A stretch of DNA of 64,000 nt from an uncultured Gemmatimonadales bacterium. GTDB lineage: Bacteria > Gemmatimonadota > Gemmatimonadetes > Gemmatimonadales > Gemmatimonadaceae. This document shows positions 57,854 through 64,000 of this stretch, piece after piece. Position 1 is the first letter of the stretch, and every line of letters starts with the position of its first letter. Where the stretch lies: the NCBI GenBank assembly GCA_963707505.1, contig CAVPQB010000006.1, forward strand, positions 128,001 to 192,000. The letters run 5' to 3'. A program made the position numbers and the translations under genes. The notes beneath the pieces are model-generated. The model worked only from the letters and a program-made list of their open reading frames with translations. It searched no databases and was not told the origin of the DNA.

Positions 57854-58354
57854 CTAGACCGCTACCGGCAAGAGCGCTCGGTGCCACGATTCGGCGGCAT
57901 CGACCTCGAACCGACCGCGCCATTCGCCAGCGGTCTGCACGCTCAGATCGAACACGTGGCTATCGCTTCCAATCAAGCCGCCCTGTGCACGCTCCGCAAA
58001 ACCGGCGCGATCAGTGACCTGTATCGAGCCATTCCGGGTCCGGAAGTAAACTCGCGAGTTTCCCAACAGCGAGGTCCCGAGGCCCATTTCGAGATCGCGA
58101 AGCACGCGAAACAACGCGTCCAGCGAACAGCCCGACGCATTCTCGTCCCGCTGATCCACGGCTATCGCGAGAAACCGTCCGTCACGCCATTCTCGCGCAA
58201 CAGTCAATGGAGATCCGTGCGCGCGCCAGTCACTCAGGTAGTCGTCGATTGCGGAAAGCAGAACCGACTCCCGCTCCGCAGAGAGTTCGTCGGCACTTCC
58301 AAACACCCAGACTCGCGCGTCGTCGGGCAGAGAGGTGAACGCAACAAGAGGCAT
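57854..58354 (-). CDS. Hypothetical protein
   Basis: LP..ARVWVF, W.AHG.PL, ASGCSLD, SWH motifs; TATATT-N5-ATG start. Confidence 0.8.
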   Translation of the reverse strand: MPLVAFTSLPDDARVWVFGSADELSAERESVLLSAIDDYLSDWRAHGSPLTVAREWRDGRFLAIAVDQRDENASGCSLDALFRVLRDLEMGLGTSLLGNSRVYFRTRNGSIQVTDRAGFAERAQGGLIGSDSHVFDLSVQTAGEWRGRFEVDAAESWHRALLPVAV

Positions 58355-58420
58355 ATCGCAATATAACCGCGGCATGCCTCTGCTCCATCTCAAAATGCAT
58401 CAACCAATCGTCTACCGAAC

Positions 58421-59185
58421 CTACATTCCGCTTGCGGCCAATGGTGCCGGAGCGTGTCCGGTGCCGCCAATTGGCGACGGAACTTCACCCTGCGACGCGC
58501 GGTTCTTGATCGCGTCCTCGAATGCCGCAAGCTCGATCACCATCGCGGCCCGGAGGTGCTCGACTTCCTCCGCCGCACCATCGCCCTTCCACAACTTGTC
58601 GATCTGCTGCACCGTACGGATCGCGCCGACGTTGAGCGCGGCACCGCGGGCGCGGGTGACCACCGAGTTGAGCAACGGAACGTCAGCAGGTCCGACCTGC
58701 GCCTGTGCCAGAGCGTCGTCCAGCTCGTGCAGAACCTGACTGGCGATCGCCAGCATCGGCTGGATCGTGCGGCTGTAGAAGCGCAGACGCTTGCTCATCT
58801 CGCGCCACGATTCCCAGCGCACCGGCGATCGTTCCATGGCGCGATTGATGCGCCCAGCGAACGACTGGATCGCGATCGGTTTCTTCACGAAATCGATTGC
58901 GCCAAAACCAAGCGCTGCTTCCACCGTCTCGATATCCGCTTGAGCGGTGCAGCAGAGCACTGGGATGTCGCGCAGATGAGGCATGCTGTGCTTCTGCTTG
59001 AGCAGATCCAATCCGTTCATGTCAGGCAGCATCATATCGGCAATCACCATGTCGATCGGCTGCGTTCGAAGCTGCTGCAGAGCCTCGGCGCCAGTGTGCG
59101 CTTCGCAGTGCGCGTACCGCATCCGCTTGAGCAACGCGGAGATGATGTGGCACGTGACGAGGTCGTCTTCGATGATCTGGATCAT
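58421..59185 (-). CDS. Response regulator: REC plus His-less Hpt-like C-terminal domain
   Basis: IIEDD, DMMLPDMNG, T, KKP; C-terminal VTRARGAALNVGA aligns with Hpt H.LKG.S.N.GA. Confidence 0.85.
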   Translation of the reverse strand: MIQIIEDDLVTCHIISALLKRMRYAHCEAHTGAEALQQLRTQPIDMVIADMMLPDMNGLDLLKQKHSMPHLRDIPVLCCTAQADIETVEAALGFGAIDFVKKPIAIQSFAGRINRAMERSPVRWESWREMSKRLRFYSRTIQPMLAIASQVLHELDDALAQAQVGPADVPLLNSVVTRARGAALNVGAIRTVQQIDKLWKGDGAAEEVEHLRAAMVIELAAFEDAIKNRASQGEVPSPIGGTGHAPAPLAASGM

Positions 59186-59192
59186 AATGCAA

Positions 59193-59219
59193 TTATCGGC
59201 GTCTCAGGGCGGGACTGTA
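59193..59219 (-). promoter_or_regulatory. Putative sigma28 (FliA) promoter, leaderless
   Basis: Minus strand TACA-N15-GCCGATAA, 7 nt before ATG 59185. Confidence 0.7.
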
Positions 59220-59258
59220 GGGCAGCACGTCCACCGTCAGGCCTGGACGAGGCCGCGC

Positions 59259-61615
59259 TCAGGCCGCTGCTGCGTGACTCGGAAAGGCGCTGTCCAGAAC
59301 CCCTCGGACACGCATGAACTCAGCTTCCATCTCGTCGATCAGCGTACGCGCGCCGGCCGCATCGTGCTTCTGCCCGGCCCCTTGAAGCGCAGCACCGAGC
59401 GCCGCCATGGTCGTCGCACCCATGTTTCCGCTGCTTCCTTTCAGGGCGTGACCTGTGCGTTCGATCAATGGCAGGTCGCCAGTGTCCATTGCAGCACGAA
59501 GGGTGACAATTCGGGACGAAGTGTCCGATATAAATGTCCCTATCAGACGCGACACGAAATCATCGCCACCCTCCGCCATGGCGGCGAGATTATCCAGCAC
59601 GGACAGGTCAACCGATGATTGATCCATGGAGGCACCTGAATTATCGAACTGCGCCGCGAGAGCCGCCACCAACGCAGGATCGGCCGCGAAGGAGGTCGCC
59701 GGAACAGATTCCACGGGTTCGCGCCGCCTCGCCGGGCCCGTGAACAGATAGTGGCTGGCATTCGGCGTTGAACTCTCGGCACCCGGCTTCGAATCGTTCG
59801 GGATCCAGCATTCCATGGCTGTCTCGAGCTCTTCCAGCGCTATCGGTTTTGGAATGAAGCCATCCATCCCCGCGTCCAGACACCGCGCACGGTCCTCGCG
59901 CATTGCATTCGCGGTCATTGCGATGATCGGCGTATGGCGTCCCTCGACATCCTCGCGTTGCCGGATCGCACGAGTGGCGCTGTAACCATCCATCTCCGGC
60001 ATCTGACAATCCATCAGCACCAGATCGTACGGTAGCTGAGCAAGCATCGCGACGGCTTCCTGGCCATTGGATGCGATGTCGCAGCGATACCCGAGCTTGT
60101 TGAGCATGTGCGACGCGACCCGCTGGTTTACCGGATTGTCCTCCGCGACCAGTACGCGCGCGCGCGCCTTGCTCAGTACGCCGGCGGCTGCCGTTTCCGC
60201 GACACGTCGTACCTTCGGCGCGAGATCGGGATGGAGCACGGATCCAAGAACACCAAGCAGTCGCGTGGGGCGGACTGGCAACGCGAAGGTGACGTCAACG
60301 CCGGCTCTGGATGCCGCGTCGGCGCTCGGCTTTTGTCGCGTTTTTGCCAGGCGACAACGCCGCCGATGCTCTCTGAAAACTCGCGGCGCAGATCCCGAAT
60401 CGACCGAAGAGGATCGGAGCCGAGCATCGAGAGATCGACGATCACCATGTCGTACCGCTCGCCAGCCTCGACTCTGGCGCGAAGCAACGCGCGTGCAGCG
60501 GCGACCGTGCGTGCACCGTCCACGGTTGCGCCCCAATCAGTAGCGTAACGTCGCAGCACCACACGCGTGAGCTTGCCGCCAACGAGTACCAGCACGCGTG
60601 AATCTTTCATCACGTTCGCACTCGGCGTCGACATCACGCGCGGTCCCCGCTGCGCTGCGATAGTGAAGTGAAATACACTGCCCTCGCCCGGAACGCTGGC
60701 GACCTCCATCGCGCCCCCAAGCAGGCTGACCAGATGCTTCGAGATCGCGAGCCCCAGACCGGTCCCGCCGTACTTTCGCGTTGTGGAACTGTCTGCTTGC
60801 TGAAACGGCTGGAACAATCGTGTTCGGGCTTCGGCTGTGAGACCGATGCCGGTGTCATTCACGTCGAATCGGAGCTGCACTCCGGCGTCGTTTTCCGACT
60901 CGACGGTTACGTGAACGTAGATACGACCGACGTGTGTGAACTTGATCGCGTTGCCAACCAGGTTGAGCAGGATCTGGCGCAGCCGGCCCTGATCCGTGCG
61001 AACGACAGCAGGCACGCGCTCGTCCACATAGAAGCCGAGTTCCAGTTTCTTCTGCAGCGCCTGATCGGCAAGCAGCTCGACGACTTCTTCCACCGTCGTG
61101 CGAACGTTGCAATCGATGATCTCGATCTCGAGCCGCCCCGCTTCGATCTTCGAGAAATCGAGAATCTCATTGATGATCGTGAGCAGCGCCTGTCCCGATG
61201 ACCGAACCGTGTCGACGTACTCGTGCTGTTCCTGATTGAGTCCCGTGTCGAGGAGCAGCCCCGTCATACCGAGAATGCCGTTCATGGGAGTACGGATCTC
61301 GTGCGACATGCGTGCAAGGAATTCGCTCTTGGCTTGATTTCCCTGCTCGGCCTTCTCCATCGCCTCTGCCAGCTCGAGCGTGCGCTCACGGACTTTCTGA
61401 TCGAGACCCGAGAGTATCTGCTGCATCTCGCGCATGAGCGTCTCGCGCTCCGTGAGCGCGCCACGGATACTTTGCGCCTGGCCCTCATCCACGCGAGTCG
61501 TTGCTGCTGCGGCAGCGCCAACAAGCTTCAGGCGCCTTACATGTCGAGCGAGCATGACGACGAGAACTGCCTCGATCGAGATGCCGAGCCCGAGAATCAG
61601 AATAGACGCGTGCAC
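59259..61615 (-). CDS. Hybrid histidine kinase (TM-HisKA-HATPase-REC-REC-Hpt), split by an apparent -1 indel at ~60350
   Basis: [70 protein letters not shown]; frames join as GGVVA-LAKTRQ. Confidence 0.9.
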
Positions 61616-61637
61616 TTTGTAGCTGGCTTTGCGCGGG

Positions 61638-62315
61638 CTACTGCGTGGTTCTGCCTGAGTGATCGCACCAGAACAGCGCGTCGGCCGTGGCCTGGCGCTC
61701 GAACGAGTTTCTCGTGGAGGCAGATTCGCTGAACGTCGGCAGTTGTTCGTTGGTGATGACCGCCGCTTCTGCACGACCGCCCGACAGCAACGACGACGTT
61801 GCATGTAACCGACGCTCTATGTCGCGGAGCATCTGCGCGACGTGCCCCAGCTGTTGCGATGTGATATCCTGAAATTGCAGCGAGCCCATGACAGCGAAGA
61901 GCTCATCGCGCATCTTCGCCCGTACGGCCGCGGCTTCGACGGCCGAGTCGTCGAAGGACCCGGACGCGTCGATCTCATCCAGGCGGTCGACGTATGCGTG
62001 TGCGCGCTCCAGGCCGTCCATCATGCGTGTGGCGGCGAGCTCGGTTGCGGAACATACCTCGCCAAGCTTGGTCGTACTGTCGTGAATCTCCTGAAGGGTT
62101 ACGCCCTGGAGAGCTTCGCGACTCGTGTGCAGTGTGCAGAGAACCTGTGCAATCTCGCCCGTGGCGCGTTGCATCATTGCAAGTAGCACACCGACGTTGT
62201 TTCCGCGAAGGCCGGTATCCCCCCCGTCGTCACGCAGCTCTTCGAGCTCGCTGTCGACCAGCCGAAGCATCGTCTCGGAATCGTAAAGGACTTCGGCGAT
62301 GCGTGAGTTGGACAT
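61638..62315 (-). CDS. CheZ-like chemotaxis phosphatase
   Basis: KL.EV...TE.AA...MD.LE and catalytic [16 protein letters not shown]-type tail; directly downstream of cheY. Confidence 0.75.
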   Translation of the reverse strand: MSNSRIAEVLYDSETMLRLVDSELEELRDDGGDTGLRGNNVGVLLAMMQRATGEIAQVLCTLHTSREALQGVTLQEIHDSTTKLGEVCSATELAATRMMDGLERAHAYVDRLDEIDASGSFDDSAVEAAAVRAKMRDELFAVMGSLQFQDITSQQLGHVAQMLRDIERRLHATSSLLSGGRAEAAVITNEQLPTFSESASTRNSFERQATADALFWCDHSGRTTQ

Positions 62316-62321
62316 TGGAGT

Positions 62322-62690
62322 CTATGCTACTCTGGTAGCCAGTACCGCGTCGATTTTCTCGCGAAGTACCTGGGGGGTGAATGGCTTGACGACGTAGCTG
62401 TCCACGCCCGCTTCCATGGCGGTGAGAATATCATCGCGAACACTGCGTGCGGTGACCATGATCAGCGGCATCGACTTTGTCTCGTCGCAAGAGCGAATCG
62501 CTCTCGTGAGCTCCGCGCCACTGACCTTCGGCATGTTCCAGTCGGTAATGACGAAGTCGACGGTAGCAATCTTCTCCAACGCCTCTGCTCCGTCACTCGC
62601 CTCCACCACGTCGCTGAAACCGACGCGCTGGAGGGAGTTAACCACTATGCGGCGCATGGTGGCCGAGTCGTCAACAACGAGGAAGCGCAT
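62322..62690 (-). CDS. cheY: Chemotaxis response regulator CheY
   Basis: LVVDDSATMRRIV, TDWNMP, MVTA, YVVKPFT. Confidence 0.9.
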   Translation of the reverse strand: MRFLVVDDSATMRRIVVNSLQRVGFSDVVEASDGAEALEKIATVDFVITDWNMPKVSGAELTRAIRSCDETKSMPLIMVTARSVRDDILTAMEAGVDSYVVKPFTPQVLREKIDAVLATRVA

Positions 62691-62722
62691 GTGCTTGGCT
62701 CCAGAAAAACTGAGTAATGCTG

Positions 62723-63022
62723 CTACAGGGCGCCGCTGCGAATCACAGCGCGCGCAACCTGATCGGCCATTTCGAGCGAATTGTAGGCGCCCGAGAGAAC
62801 CTTCGCGCGGATCTGATCGGCGCGTGCCGGATCGAGGGACGATGCAACCGGCGCGCTCGCCCCATCACTTGCGAGAGCGAGCCCCGCATCCGATATCTGA
62901 ACCGCGTCCGCACTGCGTGACGGCGAGACCGGATCGACTGGAACTTCGGGCGCAGCTGCACCCTGGACGCGCTGTAGTGCGTCGGTGCGAACTGTGTCGG
63001 CTGCGATTTTGTTTACGTGCAT
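62723..63022 (-). CDS. flgM: Flagellar anti-sigma28 factor FlgM
   Basis: DAVQISDAG and R..QIRAKVLSGAY motifs, 99 aa, AGGAG SD, sigma28-type promoter upstream. Confidence 0.8.
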   Translation of the reverse strand: MHVNKIAADTVRTDALQRVQGAAAPEVPVDPVSPSRSADAVQISDAGLALASDGASAPVASSLDPARADQIRAKVLSGAYNSLEMADQVARAVIRSGAL

Positions 63023-63045
63023 GTGTGGTTTCTCCTTCCCTTCGA

Positions 63046-63073
63046 ATATCGGGTTACGGGGGGCGTTACTTTA
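63046..63073 (-). promoter_or_regulatory. Putative sigma28 promoter of flgM
   Basis: Minus strand TAAAGTAA-N12-CCCGATAT. Confidence 0.65.
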
Positions 63074-63096
63074 CCGCCGCCCGGTCGTACCTGTGC

Positions 63097-63387
63097 TTAA
63101 CGGATCAGATTGAGCGTGGGGGCGGCCGCGGGTACTTCTGGCGCCCTGTACGTCGCCATGGCGCGCGGTTGAGTATCGAGCGCTCTCAGCGCATGCGCGA
63201 CGTGGCCGCACAGGTCAGCCATTGTTTCTCGCGCCTCGTCCTCGTCGAGTGACGCAGGGTCCGTCGCATCCACTGCGTGCATGGAATCGGGATCTGGCAC
63301 CGCCCCTCGTCCCGCATTGACGTTCCGAACCACGGAATCGATCACGCGATCCAGGTTTTCCTCGAGGAGCGATCCAGCCGTTGGCAT
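63097..63387 (-). CDS. Hypothetical protein between fliS and flgM
   Basis: 96-aa ORF starting 2 nt after the fliS stop, GAGG SD. Confidence 0.6.
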   Translation of the reverse strand: MPTAGSLLEENLDRVIDSVVRNVNAGRGAVPDPDSMHAVDATDPASLDEDEARETMADLCGHVAHALRALDTQPRAMATYRAPEVPAAAPTLNLIR

Positions 63388-63388
63388 G

Positions 63389-63820
63389 TTACCGCCCTCG
63401 GGGATCGTACAGCGAATCGCCGGGTTGAGACGTGCTTCCTGCCGGCCATTGAGTCCGTGCGGCAATCACCCAGGATTCATGCAGGCTGGACGCCATCTCC
63501 ATGATCTTGGTGAGTCGTCCAGTGTCCAGGGTCCGGCCAATGGCCAGGATCTCCGTACCAAAGTACGCATATAGCGCTGCGAGGCGTTGCGCGAGCTCCC
63601 CACCCTTCTCACGATCGAGAGATCCCATCAACTCAATGACTATCGCAGAGGCCTTCTCGAGGCTCGCTGCCTTGCCCTCGAAATCGCGTTGCTGGATCTG
63701 GACCTGCGCGCGGCGGAGCTGCGCCAGCAGGTGCTCGTACAGCAGCGGAACCAGCCATTCCTTCGACCGGCTCACGACATCATTCTCAAGGTACTTGGAG
63801 GTATAAGCGCTATATCCCAT
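63389..63820 (-). CDS. fliS: Flagellar export chaperone FliS
   Basis: Y....V.S...E.LV.LLYE, KA.AI..EL.GSLD.E.GGE.A..L.ALY.Y, L.ESW. Confidence 0.92.
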   Translation of the reverse strand: MGYSAYTSKYLENDVVSRSKEWLVPLLYEHLLAQLRRAQVQIQQRDFEGKAASLEKASAIVIELMGSLDREKGGELAQRLAALYAYFGTEILAIGRTLDTGRLTKIMEMASSLHESWVIAARTQWPAGSTSQPGDSLYDPRGR

Positions 63821-63828
63821 GCTGGCCA

Positions 63829-63856
63829 GTGTCGGGTGAGCGGGTGCAAAACTTGA
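63829..63856 (-). promoter_or_regulatory. Possible sigma28 promoter of fliS
   Basis: Minus strand TCAAGTTT-N12-CCCGACAC, 8 nt before ATG 63820. Confidence 0.5.
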
Positions 63857-63894
63857 ACGTCACCGGTCGCCCGTGGAGACGCTGAAGGCCGCGT

Positions 63895-64000
63895 TTAGCC
63901 GCGACGGTCGATGAAGCGCTGCGATCCGGTACGGTAGGCCGACGGGAGGCCACCCGGAGATCCCGACGATGCCGCGCCACGCAGCTCGCGGCCCATCATG
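63895..64000 (-). CDS. C-terminal fragment of an upstream flagellar-cluster gene (FlgN/FliT-like tail)
   Basis: Open frame from the window edge ...SAYRTGSQRFIDRRG-stop; identity inferred from context only. Confidence 0.4.
   Translation of the reverse strand, partial: MMGRELRGAASSGSPGGLPSAYRTGSQRFIDRRG

Noticed and set aside
1448..58751. Recurrent GCGATCGC (HIP1-like) octamers and frequent CGATCG/TCGA
   Set aside because: Roughly ten seen by eye, but most are explained by GCG-ATC-GCN (Ala-Ile-Ala) codons; needs a codon-aware Markov test that I cannot run
1..64000. CRISPR array, prophage or IS element
   Set aside because: No regularly spaced direct repeats and no cas, phage structural, integrase or transposase ORFs recognised

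Overview
GC-rich bacterial chromosomal window, mostly housekeeping and envelope genes. Gene content and protein style resemble Gemmatimonadota; this is inference from recalled families, not a search. It holds about 65 CDS and one tRNA-Ala(CGC), with no CRISPR array, prophage or transposase. Main blocks: rnz/tRNA-Ala; a two-component system co-transcribed with an FTR1 iron permease; an N6-adenine DNA methyltransferase plus SNF2-like helicase pair with no recognisable nuclease; an ECF sigma locus; an argE-like/rnhA operon; sucA, PIG-L deacetylase, ABC transporter and ndh; mprF-like plus GT39; recQ; mscS; nfeD-flotillin-sufE; and the end of a flagellar/chemotaxis cluster (fliS, flgM, cheY, cheZ-like, hybrid kinase, REC-pseudoHpt). 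Seven genes are broken by single-base indels, several in G/C runs, which most likely reflects sequencing or consensus error rather than pseudogenes. Best leads: (i) the nuclease-less MTase-helicase pair; (ii) sigma54-type promoters in front of small hydrophilic or secreted stress-type proteins; (iii) a structured ~135-nt trailer behind a CCA-less tRNA divergent from RNase Z; (iv) many leaderless-type starts; (v) a sigma28-driven response regulator with a His-less Hpt-like domain.
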